64,000 bases of DNA, from the NCBI RefSeq assembly GCF_963921235.1, contig NC_086097.1:206524001-206588000 (forward strand), written 5' to 3'. Each line of letters starts with the position of its first letter. The stretch's first letter is position 1. This DNA comes from Mobula hypostoma. Its lineage: Eukaryota. The position numbers were made by a program, and so were the translations under genes. Of this stretch, positions 37,515 to 51,200 are shown piece by piece. The notes beneath the pieces are model-generated. The model was not told where the DNA came from. It worked only from the letters and a program-made list of their open reading frames with translations, and searched no databases.

Positions 37515-38391
37515 CACAAACAAAAGAAAATCTGCAGATGCTGGAAATCCAAGCAACACACTCAAAGTGCTGGTGGATCTCAGCAGTCCAGGCAGCATTT
37601 ATGGAAAATAGTACCGTCATCTAATAGGAGGGAGGAGAAGATGACGGCGCAATGCAGCACGCGCAGCCGTTCCGAATTGATATTGATATGTGTTAACTCA
37701 GGGGCCGTGCACAATCCGGATTTGATGGAGACAGCTGTGAGAAGTGCAGAGGAACATCTAGAGTAACTTCTGAAATGCCTGCTTCGCTGCCGCTGCTACT
37801 GTGCGATCGAGAATCTCTGGAGACGAAGGCCCCAAATCCTCGGCTTTGCGTATCGCCTGTTGCCGGGGCCAGGGTCGAAGCGCTTGGCAGAGATGGTGCT
37901 CGGTGTTCGGTGTCGAAGAGGTGGGTCAGAGGCTCGGAGTTTTTCGGCCGGACTCAGAGTCGGACTGTGGTCGGATACTTCCAGTATGCTGCGAGTTGGC
38001 GGAACTGGGGGTTTACTGTCTGCGTGAGATGATGGGACTTTCGAGAGACTTTGAGACTTTTACTGTGCCATGGTCTGTTCTTATCAAATTACGGTATTGC
38101 TTTGCACTGTTCTAACTATATGTTATAATTATGTGGTTTTTGTTAGTTTTTAAGTCGGTTTGTCATGTGTTTTTGTGATATCATTCTGGAAAAACATTTT
38201 ATCATTTCTTAATGCATGCATTACTAAATTACAATAAAAAGGGGACTGTGTGTCCTGATAATCATAATAATAATCATAATCATCTTTTTTTCTCCAGTCC
38301 TGATGAAGGGTCTTGGCCTAAAATGTCTACTGTACGCTTCTTCATAAATGCTGCCTGGCCTGCTGTGTTCCTCCAGCATTTTGTGTGAGTT
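37515..38391. mobile_element. Fold-back Penelope-like insertion, loop later interrupted by a non-autonomous element
   Basis: Minus arm 37515-37617, plus arm 38284-38391; exact 13-bp TSD CCTCCTCCTTGAT at 37502-37514 and 38392-38404; mutated hammerhead (GAAA to AAAA) at 38296-38332. Confidence 0.9.
37626..38283 (+). mobile_element. ~660-bp non-autonomous non-LTR element, copy 2
   Basis: Colinear with 22911-23584; GAGAAGATGACGGCG start, AATAAA, TAATCA/TAA tail. Confidence 0.8.
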
Positions 38392-40900
38392 CCTCCTCCT
38401 TGATAGTAGGAATGAGAAGGGTCATGTTCTGGATGATGGGGGTTCTTAATGATGGATGCCGCCTTTTTGAGGCGTTGCCATTGGAAGGTGTCCTGGATGC
38501 TGGGGAGGCTAGTGTCCATGATGGAGTTGGCAGAGTTTACAACATTCTGTAGGGCTTTCTGATCCTGTGCAGTAGCTCCTCTAAAACAGACGGCAATGCA
38601 ACCAGCTAGAATACTCTTCAAGGTACATCTGTAGAAATTTGCAAGTCTTTGGTGATATACCAATTCTCCTCAAACTCCTTAATAAAAAATATAGCCTTTG
38701 TCATGCCTTCTTTGTAATTGCATCAATATGTTGGGCTGAGTATAGATCTTCAGAGATGTTGACACCCAGGAACTTGAAACTGCTCACCCTTTCCACTTCT
38801 GAATCCTCAATGAGGACTCTAATCCCTTGAGGCTTCCCTCGACTTCCCCTACCTGAAGTAAACAATCAATTCTTTGGTCTTACTGAAGTTGAGTGCAATG
38901 TTGTTGCTGCGACACCCCTCAGCCAGCTGATCTATTTCATTCGGCGTACGCATCCTCATCACCATCTGAACTTCTGCCAACAACAATAGTGTCATCGGCA
39001 AATAGATGGTGTTTGAGCTGTGCCTAGCATCACTATTGTAGTTGTAGAGACAGTACAGCAGTCGGCTAAGCATGCATCCTTGAACTGTGGTAGTGTTGAT
39101 TGTCAGCGAGGAGGAGATATTATTTCCAATCCACACAGACTGTGTTCTGTCAGTGATGTAGTCAAGGATCTATTCGCAAAGGGAGATACAGAGGCCCAGA
39201 ATTTGGAGTTTGTTGATTAGAACTGAGGGCATGATTGAGTTGAACGCAGAGTTGTTGTCAATACAAAGCAGTCTTACATAGGTGATCCAAGGCCAAGTGG
39301 GGAGCCAGTGAGATTGTAGGCCTGTTGTGGTGATAGGCAAATTGCAGTCGGTTAAGATCCTTGCTTAACCAGGAGTTGATTCCAGCCATAACCAACCTCT
39401 CAAAGCACTTCATCACAGTAAATGTGAGTTCCACTGGGCAATAGTCATTGAAGCAGCTCACCCTGCTCTTCTTGGGCACTGGTAAGATTGTTTCCCTTTT
39501 GAAGCAGGTGGGACCCTCCAACTGCAGCAGTGAGAGATTGAAGATGTCTTTGAACACTCTGACCATTTGGTTGGCACAGGTTTTCAGCGCTCCACCAAAT
39601 ATACCGTCAGGGCCTGACGTCTTGCGAGGGTTCACCTTCTTGAAAGTAGTTCTGATACTGGTCTCCAGGACAGAGATCACAGGGTCACTAGATGCTGCAG
39701 GGATTTACACAGGTGTAGTTTTATTTTCCCTTTTAAAGCATGCATAAAACGTATTGAGCTCACCTGTGAGTGAAGCATCAGAGCCATTCATGATGTTAGG
39801 TTTCACTTTGTAGTAAATGGCAAGAAATAATCAGTCTGAAGCTAAAAGGAAGGCTTTGCAAACAAACAACACTATCTATATAGCACAGACTGCTGGCCCA
39901 CCTGTTCAAGGTATTCAGTGTAAGAGAATGAGGTTGTGTTAATTGGCCTGCTTCATACCAGACAAACTGGCCAAGTTATTTAGTTCAAGGAAGCTCGCAA
40001 ACCAGACTGATACTATCATTTAGCGCATCAAATAGCTGATCTATTAATAGTTGGATGGATTGTGTACTCAAAGGATCACCTCTCACAGCATTAATTGTGG
40101 GTATCTGGAAACTCAATCCCCAGAAGCTTTTAGACCATCTTTGTGAAAAGGTATGTAAAAAAAATATCAGATGTGTGTGAAGTCACTCAACTAGCAGAAA
40201 AATACAGTATAAATGTAAGAGAGCCGTCAGGCTTTCTTTCCTCTGCCTTCAGTTTCTGCAGCGGATGATTTATTCATCTGCAACATGTTGGTATGTCTTT
40301 TTATCTATAGGAATTGTACACGTGGTTTAGAATTCCTTTATGTTTTAGTAATCACTTGGAGCTTGGAAATCTTTTGTGAGTTTTAAATGTGTTTTAAGAA
40401 GTTTATCTAAATTGAAATGTGTATCACTATAAGTAAAAGAGTTGTGTTTAAACTACCTTGTTATCTGGAAGAATCTCCTACTTGTTAGGGCGGGGGGGGG
40501 GGAACACTCAAATAATGGGTATTGCCAGCTAAACTCACCGTGGAGGATAAACAGGAAGTGATCCAGCTTTTGAAGAAAAGGTTCTTACAGTATGGCCTCC
40601 TATTATGAGCATACCCATAGCTATCTGTATTTGATAGTGCTTAAGATTTTTGTCTGAGTTTAGAACTTTGCAGTCAGAAAACCTAATACCATCACAATCA
40701 GTACTCAAAAATGTGTCACTTCATGTGTCTCTGGATTAAACTCCATCTACCATTTTTTTGTCCATTTCACCAAGGCATTGATATCTCTTGGCAGCCTAAG
40801 GCCAAGAGATATCAATCCTCACCATCAACAAATCCAGCAACCTTCATGTCATTCATCATCTCAGAAAGGAAGAATAAAGACATCTAAGGATTTTACTTAC

Positions 40901-40931
40901 CTGTCGGTCTGACATAGCAGTAAGGAAAATG
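40901..40931 (-). CDS. Candidate small exon (could encode MSDRQ, phase 0)
   Basis: Minus strand: ttctttgttttgaattccag|CATTTTCCTTACTGCTATGTCAGACCGACAG|gtaagt, a consensus donor. Confidence 0.25.
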
Positions 40932-43429
40932 CTGGAATTCAAAACAAAGAATATGCCATCTACTATATGTTCCTGGAACATGATAGTAAGATTAAATAAG
41001 GACAACATGGAGTTGTGAAAGAGCAATTGTGTTGAAATCTAATGGAATTTTTTAAAGGATGTAGCAAGTATATAATGCTTTACCTTGAAAAGTTGCTTTG
41101 ACTACATTCAAAGATGAGATTAATAGATTTTTGTGTTTTAGAGGAAAATAATGATAATGTAGAAAATCAACCATGCCTTTGTTGTAAAGATAGAGTTAAC
41201 TTGAGGCAACAAATGCCCTATTTCTTGTGCAAACCTCTTTCAAAATGGTTGACCACAAAGTTTAGACAAAAGCATCTTTTTGATACCATTGAGCTCTCCA
41301 ACTGAGGAACAATCTTCACTATCTCGTACCTCTTGCTTGTTCCAGTATCTCTTATCACCCTTTTATTTTTTCAATCTAGACTAAGTTTTCCATCAAACTC
41401 ACTAGAGATTGCAATATAATGTATTTTCTCAGCATTCTGAACGTCCAACAATGCTATGCTTTTCCTCATCTCTCCTCTATCTCCCCTGCTGCTCATGTGT
41501 GTTTCCATTTTTCATTATTTCATTGCAATTGCTGCATTTTTAAATGTACTCCAAAATGTGAATGTCTCATGCATAAATTGGTCTTTTCCTAACTTTATCT
41601 AACTATGGAGTTAACATTCATTTTAACCATAATTAACTTTGCCTTTCTACCACCATTCAATTTCATCCGTCACTACTAAATTAGACATTTTAAATATCAA
41701 GCATACTGCATGAAGTTTCAAAGTGAACTGAAATATTGGTAATTCCTTTCGTCTCACAGATGCTTTTTGAACTACTCAATTCTTCCAGCAGATTGTTCAT
41801 TGCACCAGATTCCAGATTGTAAGTAAATGGAAACTCTACATATATGACATCCTGTCTGGAATGGCTAGAAATATTTAAATATGATTCTGAAATTTCCTAA
41901 TTCAACATCAAACTTGTTGATGGGAACTTTGCCAGTACTTGCAGTGGAACTCATTTTCTTTGCTAAAACATAAAGGTTGGCTTAAAACAAAATCACACCA
42001 TCAATGTCAGAATAATTCTGTTTATGAGAACATTTCTTTTTCTTGTTTCTCGTCTTCTTTTACATCATTACACAAAAGAAGTTTAATCACATTGGGAAAG
42101 TCAGTCTAGCTAGTTGGCTCCTACAAATAAGTCAAGGTTCGAAGAAGTCTAGTTATGTTGAGACTGGATGCATTTCAGTTCAGTATAATACATGCTTCAG
42201 TGGGGAGAAAAGTTAAATTTAGAAATAGGAAAAGGATCACTATCAAGTTCCAGAAATTATAGTTACACTGATCTTGGTAATTTTGGGTCTGTGCAACAAG
42301 GTACTACATTCCACTGAATTGGATGTGATGCAAACTTCAAAGAAATTGATGTATATCAATATTTTGGAATAAAACACCATAAATTATGAAGTTACTCGAA
42401 AACACAGAGCATATTACTACTTATGCACAATAATTGAGTACCATAACACTGCAAACTGATCTGAGAATTTTGGATCACAGTTGTTGATTCAAAACCTTTT
42501 TCAGATTTGTCTAAGACCTGAATACTGGCCTTAGAATGTTGACATTCTTTGAAATACTTTGCTTTTCAATCAGTTTCCTCAACTAATTCATGCATTGTGA
42601 AAAAAGCATATGGGAGACTACTTCATCCCTCAATCTAAATTTCCAATCTAAAGCCTCTAATTATTCAAGACAAATCTTTGGCTCTTTTTACCAAATGGGC
42701 AGCACCCCTTTGATTTTCTTCAATTTAATACGATGTCTCTTCATTGTTAGCAAACCACACTGTACAGTCTTGTGCTATGAATATTTCCATGACCACAAAA
42801 CTGTGGCATTCCTTATTTCCCAATCTTCCAAGGATCAATTGTTCACTCACCTCCATATATCTTGCAAGTTTGCATCTATTTATCTAAAGACTTTTGTAAG
42901 GCATAATAACAGCAGAAACATTTTGTAATTCTGCTAAAGAAGTCTGTCAGTGTACGTTCCATTTGTTACCAGCAACAACATACTTATTTCACCATGTTGG
43001 AGTGGAGTATTGAGAATGAGATTCATTTTTGCTATGATACTACTAATTAATTTCTATTTTATAAAAATTAGTTAAATTGCATTGTGTTCATAGCAGATCT
43101 GTTACATTGAATTATATTGTCTGCTGCTTTAATTGAGATATTTATTAGTTACAAAAATTATAAATAGAAAACAGTGAAGGTACTAATAGTTTACTTCACA
43201 CACTGCCATTTCAACATATATTTTTCATCTGCTATCCTTTGCAGTTTGTCATGACAATGTGCACTTGGTCACAATTTCTATACTGTATTATGTAAATTCT
43301 TCTATCCCCAACATTTCCAGGTAACAATGGAAGCTTTGCTTAGGAATCAACACCCCTCTACATGTTTGATGGTACAAGATGAATCTAAAGGAAGGTTATA
43401 TTGTGTGGCAGTGGCAGTCCCCCCTACCA

Positions 43430-43550
43430 ATTCTAATGAAAGGTCATTAACCTGGGATTTTAACTCTGTTTCCAACCCCTGATATCCTGAGTATCTCCTG
43501 CAATTACGTTTAAATTTTAGGTTTCAAGCACCTGCAGCTTTTTTTTGCTT
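43430..43550 (+). mobile_element. Old Penelope-like terminal fragment
   Basis: TTCTAATGAAAGGTCATTAACCTG..TTAACTCTGTTTC degenerate hammerhead followed by CCTGAGTATCTCC..TTTCAAGCACCTGCAG. Confidence 0.55.
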
Positions 43551-44029
43551 TCAAATTACTGCATGCATTAATTTCTTCTTTTTTTTCAAAATGGGAATCT
43601 GGAGCTGCATCAAACTTTTCCTTGTCACTGAGTTAGAAATTGCATTAGTAAATTTAATGGTTCAGATCCAAACTCAAGCTATTCTGTATTTTTCCCATTG
43701 GAACTCAATGAAACTTGGCAATGGTGAACATAACCAGACATTTTTAGACACATTTTGTACTGGAGATCTACAATGAACTTCTTGTCTATTGCAAGTTTTT
43801 ATATGCATTAAGTATACTGCATACCATATCACGGAATTGTGCAGTCGCCTGATAAAATGAAAATGGCATTTGTTCAGCACATCACTATTATAGTTGACTA
43901 CTGCAGTTCGTTGACACCCAAAAAGACTTTGATGAAAAGAAACATGAAACAGGTTGGTTTTAAGTGCTAAATTCCCATCAGTACAGTAATAATGATCTGT
44001 ATGTAAATGTAACCAGTCTACTTTTTTTT

Positions 44030-44310
44030 CTCTGTGCACCTGATGGTAAGACTGAATTACCAATGCCATTTTGGAGAAGAATCACTGATTTAACACTAAT
44101 TCCTAATCAGGTCTCACAAAAACGGGAAGCTCGCATGGCAGCTGTACTTTTCCCAGGGTTAATTACCTTTTGCTGCTCTCTCCTAATGAGTCAGCTGTTC
44201 CAGTCATTACACAACTTCACTTTGTTCATCTGTGGCTCTGGCCACCGCGCACTGATATTAGGCATGAACAAAGACAACTACACATTTAATCGAAAACCAC
44301 ATTTACTAGT
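44030..44310. promoter_or_regulatory. Possible conserved non-coding element / enhancer
   Basis: Unique sequence, retained CpGs, two CAGCTG, TGAGTCA, TAATTA, AACAAAG (Sox-like) motifs; no conservation data. Confidence 0.3.
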
Positions 44311-46669
44311 TTAATGCTCCTTGAAAATATAGCAAAAGCATAAATAAAACATTTTCCTTCTTCAGTATTTCAAAAAACTATGTAACTTTATCCTTAGTTT
44401 CTCTATTTAAGGAGAGCTTATCTGCCTTTTCTGTTACTGGACAAAGTTGTTTCCCCATTGCAATGGGATGTTGTGGCTCCAAGCGATTGTGGCTTGCAAA
44501 AGAAGGGAATGGAAAGATAAAGGGAAGTTACGAGATTTCGTTTTTCACATTGTTTTTAATATTGCTAGACTTTCAAAAGCAAGGTGAGGTAAGATTTTTG
44601 TGACAAAAAGGACAGAATAATTGACATAGACTAACTAAGAATCTTGCATTTATCTAAATATGAGTAATTAATTTTTAAAGGCCCATGTGATTTTTTTTCA
44701 ACTATTATAATTTTTGCAAAGCAATGTATAGAATAATAAACTAATCTTCATTAGTTGTTTTAAATTATAGCATTCCTTCATTCCTTTTATAAATAGTTAG
44801 AGTGGACTCAAAGGTTTTTTTTCCAGGAATATGCAAGACTTACGATCTTAGAGAAGGATTGCCTGTGGGATCAACAAATGTACAACCAAGTTTCCACTAA
44901 ACCATCACTATTTCTCCTCTTTACTGGTGATGATGGACCTACAGTGGGTTTTATAACATTTTTAGCTTTTAGTTTTCAGATATAATATTCATGTACTTGT
45001 ATTTGACATAACCACAAAAAATAGACAGTGCGCAGGGCAGATGTAGAAATGGAGACTGGGAAAATGTAGACTTTCAAATCAAGGGCAACAAGTAATGTTT
45101 TTTTGGGCAACATAACCCAGAAAAATAAATTGCCTAGCAGCAGACAGTAATTTCTACATCAGAATTAGAAAGAAATATTGATATTTTGCCAGTAAGGGTT
45201 AGTTTGGGATTTTTTTTCCATTGCAATTTAGAAAAGCCTGCCAAATCACCAGATGGCTCATGATTATAATTATGTGCATAAAAAAAACAACACTCTAATG
45301 CATAAGCTGTGCAAAATGTGAATTTGTTCTGAATCGATAAGAACAAGTGATTCAGCGGGAAAGTGTGTAACGTAAAACCTCAGCTTATTGAATGCTGTTA
45401 TTTAAAATGTACGAACAGACTTGTGGGAGTTACTTTGCTGACCATATTTGCTAACAATAACACTGCTATCATTATGAAAATATGATGTAGTAATGTATCA
45501 GAGAATTCATCATGAGCAGTTTGCTAAGTGATAAATAAAACAAATGTGCTTCTGCGTTGCAATTAGTAAAACAAGTTCATTAAAATTGTGAATCAAATTA
45601 TTGTCAGAAGTGCTATCTGACTACACTTAGCTAGCTCACAAAGGTGTACTGACAGTCTATCAAAGCCTTGCTTTAAAACCAATGACTAAGTACATATCTA
45701 CTTTAATATTATCAACATATTAAAGATTAGCTAAAACTCTAACCCATCGCAAACCTTCATTTTGAAACTCTTTTTCTATTATGCAATCTATAACAACCAG
45801 TTAATATTTACTATCAGCAATAAATGATAGATTTTTTTCTTCTCCACTAAGGCGATCCAAACCAATGTTTAAACACCATCCCACTGTGTGGAACTACAGC
45901 AGAGAGAAAGAAACATACTCATAGTAATGCAAACAGAGCCATCTGTGCAATGTCCTGTCAACACATCACTTTGTTCATTAACTGTTAGAACCTTAGGTGT
46001 TTTATTGATGTTAATAAGTTATGATTTTAACAACAATCACAAAGGGAGGACCTAAAATATTACTTCTCGTCCATAATTACCATATCACACATTTCAGCAA
46101 TTTAATTATATTTTGTATTGATTAAAAAATCAGGGAATACAACTCTGGGGATGTGAAAGGAGGTTAGTTTAAAAGGAATAGCAAGCAACTAATACAAAAC
46201 CAATATAGTATTTGTATGGAATTCAGAACTGCAAGATCCAAATAAAATCAGACTCTTTGCAGGCACTTCTTTTGATGCTTTCAGAAATAATAAAATATTT
46301 CTTGAAATAAAACTTCAATTCTGTAAGTGTGAGCTGAGTGTTCCCATTTTCAATTGCAACGTGAAAGTACTTGCGACATTAATCATTAACAAAAAGATAT
46401 AAATTTAGAATAGATCAATAATATATAAAATAAAATGGTCAAAAATCTCACTTTTGAAAGAATACTTGACATAGCACATATAGAGCATTATGGATAATTA
46501 GAAATTGTTCTTTTTCTTTCTGAAGTCTAAGTTCTTTTGTAGAATAAAGTAACTTTGCCTTCATGTGACAAATTATTACTTTTCCTCAATGCTCTCGTAT
46601 CAGCTGCAGTTAAAGGGAAAGCGGATTTGCTCTTCTGTTCTCCAGGGTACAATTGTTAGACTGACTTAC

Positions 46670-46910
46670 CATTTCCCTTTTAGCCTTTGTTCTGCTTCTA
46701 AAACTGACACCAGGGAACCAATGATGAAGTACAAACAGGGGTGGGCCAGGTTACTCCAATGTGTCGCGTGCAACGTATGGGGACTCTCTGTGATACTCCA
46801 ATGAGCTGCTAAGCTTTTTGTAGGCTTTGTGTCATTTACTTAACGACCAATCTCATTAGCTGCTCCGTACAATGGGCCGATGCATTTTCTTTGTAAATAC
46901 AGTACCCAGT
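46670..46910 (-). promoter_or_regulatory. Candidate alternative promoter / first exon ending in ATG|gtaagt
   Basis: Minus strand AAAGGGAAATG|GTAAGT at 46670; several CCAAT boxes and a local CpG cluster in an otherwise CpG-depleted region. Confidence 0.3.
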
Positions 46911-48169
46911 GGCCTTTGAGGTTGTACTTACTCTGCTCAGAGATGAATATTTACTGTAAATTACTGAGACCATGCAAATCTTTAGGTATCTACTCAAACT
47001 GACAAAATCATTCAAAATATATTGATCAATTCCTCTAACAAAAACCATCACCAAATTAAAATAAAATAACACATAACCGAATCTTTCAAAGTTATTGAAA
47101 GATAGCATATAAACCCAACCTCTGATGATCTGGCAGAGAGAAGTAGCGCAAAATTAAAAAAATGCTTAATTTACAAGAGGTGTGTGCAATTTCATGGCTT
47201 TTCTAGACTATGAATGTGCATAGCATTTGATGATATCAACTCCAGATACACATCAAAGTGACAGTGCGTAAATCCCTTTAATCAATAAAGCAGCGAAAAG
47301 CTTTCAACAATTATTGAGTAATCTTTCCTACTTCAAAAGCAAAGTCAGAAATTCTGAATTGGAAATATGAATTGCGTTGAATCAACATAAACTTATATGG
47401 TACGTACTGAGAAAAATCTTAGAAAACAGTTTCATTTCATTCCTCAAAGGCAGTTTTATACTCCAAACTCCAAAAGAATTTCCATACCTGCAAAAAGAAT
47501 TATGTTGGTAACCTGTTCCTTTTGCTATGTGTAAACTTTATGGCTATAACAGTCATGGTTTTGCTCATATTCCATACTCAGAAATAAACACTCTTCACCA
47601 ATCTACACCGTATTTAGGTGAGATTCAAATTTAGCTGATTCAAGCAGAGTAAAGAGACCAATTAATATTAATATTCATATTTCTTAATTTATATTTTGCT
47701 GAATGCGGAAGAGATTGATTTATAAATATCTCTGAGAAGCCCACCAATTAATACTAAAATATGACCAGAGAATACATTCTACAATAGTAAGTTGGATTAG
47801 AGGTGGGAGCAAATCAGTTCCAAATTACATTGCAGAAATTACTTCAAAACCAGCAAGTCAACATTCTTTGGAAATGTGACTGAAAGAAAAATCGACTGAT
47901 GGACTGTTACTAAATTCAATTACTTAAGTCTTTGATTTCATGGAGGATGGGGCAAAAAGTGAGCTAACATGATAATTTAGTGGCAAGCCTAGAGAGATTT
48001 TAACTCCTCATTTGAATGTGATAAATTAGCTCATGTTCACATAAATGGGGAATTGCTGCTTTGCCAATTGATTAAAAGCAAAACTTTGGATTACTGGGGA
48101 CTCTCTCAAGAGACCCAGTTGATTATTCCTGAGGGAGGATAAGTGGTGAACCAACAGGAGAGGAAAGAT

Positions 48170-48820
48170 TCCTGTGTCTAATAAGAAAAAGAAAGTGCTG
48201 AAATATTTAGCAGGTCAGGCAGCATCTGTGGGGAGAAAGATTCAACAACGTGTCCATATAAATAATATTAGTGTTGGTAGAGCACTTTTCTGACTTCTAT
48301 AATATTGCTGCCTATTTCACATTACACACAAGTTGCTCAAATAAAAACATTGCTAGCATCATCATCGGTGTGACTCTGAGACACAATACTAATTATGCTC
48401 CCACTCAGCAGCAGCTCCCCTGCAGAATGCCCAGTCGCTTAATGGAATAGTTAGAGAAAACGGGATTAAAACAGTTGACTGCCCTCTGGTCAGCATGGAT
48501 GTGTTGGGCTCAACGGTTTGTTTCCATGCTGTACGACTCAAGACCCTCATGAAAATAGATGGAATAAATAGGATGGATCTATTTCCCAGTGGAGGATTAA
48601 AAACTAAGGGCTATATATTTAAAATAATTGGAATGAAGAGTAAAGAATGTCTGGATGTGTAGGAGAGTCAAGGTACTCATAACATTAAACTGTACTTGGA
48701 TATCTGTTTGATGAGGGTACAGACTCTTACATAGGGTAACTCCTTTTATAAAGTATGTTAACTCTTTTTGACTGGCACAGTCATGATGGGCCAAATGGCT
48801 TCTTCGGTGTTGTAACCTTT
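48170..48820. mobile_element. PLE terminal fragment (48170-48250, -) and decayed CR1 3' ends (48430-48820, +)
   Basis: AGCAGGTCAGGCAGCATCTGTGG; GATGGGCCAAATGGCTTCTTCGGTGTTGTAA CR1 3'UTR-like. Confidence 0.55.
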
Positions 48821-50899
48821 ATATGGGTCTAGGAAAATTGCAGGAGGTGGCAGTGCATCATAAATGTCAAGCAAAGCAAGTAACTGCAATTATAAGCACC
48901 CACCATCTGCATTCTCATTGGGTGAGACACGACTAAAATCATCCATTTAATTTTGGGTGAAAGATTTAGTTTTGCTTTTCTGCCACATTTATGAAATGCT
49001 CTTTTTCCCAACAGCAGCTGATTATACTTAAGAACATTACTCACAACATTAAATAGACAAAATATCTTGTAAAACTGAGCTCTTAATTCAAGTCTCATAT
49101 TTAGCTGTAACTGGAACCCTTGTGTTATGAGTAAAGCACATAAAAGAAAAAAAACGTACATTTTTTGCATCATACACACTTTCAGCTGATCGATCACAAA
49201 ACAGAAATATAGCAGTTCTTAACTCCACTGAGCAATAACTGTGTTTTCTACTTGTTCTCCATGAGGGAAACTTATATTGTGTTAATGGAACTGGACAACC
49301 CTTGAAGGAACTGAAGTTTAAGTGCTGTTTTAACAGTTTATGATCAGTTTAAACATTTTTTTTTGGAAAAATATAATCGATACTATAATTATAATAAAAA
49401 ACAAATGTAACAAATAATTATTATAATAGGTTATAAAATATTATAAATGTGAAAAAACAAAATTCTACATTTTGGGCTTGATCCCCTTAATAATAAAAGA
49501 CTGGATAAGATGGGAACTGGCTCTGATACAAAGAAAGAATTTAATAGGAATATAGTAGACCCATTCATGTAATTCCAAGAAAAGTAATGTAAAGACTTCA
49601 TAATGTTAAATAAAATAAAATACTGTCAGAAACTCCAAATTTGACAGCTGTCCTAATGTGTAATATATATATAATATAAGAAAATGCAAATTTCATTGTT
49701 CTAATCAACCCTGGTTGGGTAGGGGTTTGTTTCAATTGGTCATTGGAGATTTCTCTGTCAACGATGGTGTGTGAAAGGGCAGAGTTTGCTTGAATCACGT
49801 TAACAGACTGTGCACAATCTGGGCTCTTGCAGAACTATCTCCTCTTGCCTGGACTCCATTCAGGCCTTATCTCTGTTTACCAACCACCATTTCTCTTTCT
49901 TTCACATAACTATGGCTTTCTTTTACAATCAGCCAACAGCTGACACTGTGCCACAACCTCAAAGGCAAAAGAAAAGGGATAAAAAGCCCAAGCTGTGCAA
50001 ACAATGAAACAGAACAGGTTAATTCATAAACCCTGATTTTTTAAAGCCAACTCATTAGAAAGAAACAGACTAGTGGAAAATGTATTCTGATATCCATAAA
50101 ATGCAGCAGAGGCAGTCACTTTCATTACCAAGTTCAGTGTAGCCAAAAATTATTAGAAAAAGAACAAATCAGTTTTATGTGCATAATACTATTTAAATGT
50201 TCCAAGTTTCACAAGTATTAATAACAAGCCAAATTACCATAACTCCAGATTTATCATCATTTCATTGTATTTATTTATGTAGTACAGAGGATAGTTTTTT
50301 AAACTTATTTCTATTATTAAGCAGATAAATTGCAAGAAAGCGGAGCTAAAAATGTACCATAAAGAATGTTCAATTATGGCACTGTCAAAATTTTATCAAA
50401 TTTAGAAAATGAGAATTTTTAAACAATGAATTCTTTGAAAGGCTATTCCCTTAAAATGATTTAATGAATTAAATTTATCCCTACACCAGCTGTTGTGCAG
50501 CAGATGGATCCATTTTGAAGCCTTGTTGAATTCAATCCATAAAACTCATTTTGCAGGATTATCCATCCAAAGTTTCATTTACTGTTAAAGGACAGCATTG
50601 GATTTAAAGTAACATGACATTACACTGAGGACAGAGATTCTGTATCACAGCAAAATGCAACCTGCCTCATCATATATTTCCATGTAAAAATCTTTTCAGT
50701 GACTTTATACAAACACAAACACAGATAGATTGTAAATATTTTCAAGACATACACAGGTGCAAGTATTTGTTAATCAATCACTATGTCCACGAAAAATCAA
50801 TATTTCTGGCTATTTTCTTCCAGAAGAACACAGAGAAATTCCTTAATTAATATTAATTTATTTATTTCGGACTCCTGTGATACTGTACAATGGATGTCC

Positions 50900-51200
50900 A
50901 TTTATTTGTTTACTATGCTTAGAGATACAGATTAGAACAGGTCCTTCTGGCCCAATAAACCATGCTGCCCAGCAGCACATCTATTATGCCTAATCACAGG
51001 ACAATTTACAATGACCAATTAACCAACTAACCGGTATGCCTTTGGACTGTGGGAGGAAACATGAGCACTCGGAGGAAACCCATGCGGTCACATGGAGAAC
51101 ATACGTACTCCTTATAGACAGCGCCGGAATTGAACTGCAGAGCTCAGAATGCCCCGAGCTGTAATGACATCACACTAACTGCTATGCTACTGTGGCACCC
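50900..51200 (-). mobile_element. V-SINE (HE1-like), near full length
   Basis: ACAATTTACAATGACCAATTAACC..TTTGGACTGTGGGAGGAAAC..GAGCACTCGGAGGAAACCCATGCGGTCAC core; B box GTTCAATTCC on -; tRNA-like head at 51120-51200. Confidence 0.88.

Larger units (their letters stand above)
37240..39815 (-). mobile_element. Rex1/Babar-type LINE, decayed, with nested insertions at 37515-38391
   Basis: [60 protein letters not shown]; (TCAGAA/G) tail at ~37240. Confidence 0.9.

Noticed and set aside
40253..40290. Plus-strand exon-like segment (ctctgccttcag|...ATGTTG|gtatgt)
   Set aside because: No compatible partner exons or homology found; it shows that splice-like motifs arise by chance, which also tempers the minus-strand exon chain.
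10247..40502. Poly-G/C runs (10247, 24584, 26749, 30190, 40492) as G-quadruplex signals
   Set aside because: Simple homopolymer expansions, mostly inside repeats; no further support.
47483..47500. AG|GT recursive-splice-like site on the minus strand (tctttttgcag|gtatgg); similar + strand motifs near 890, 26236, 32062, 43320
   Set aside because: Weak donors, present on both strands, as would be expected by chance in AT-rich DNA.
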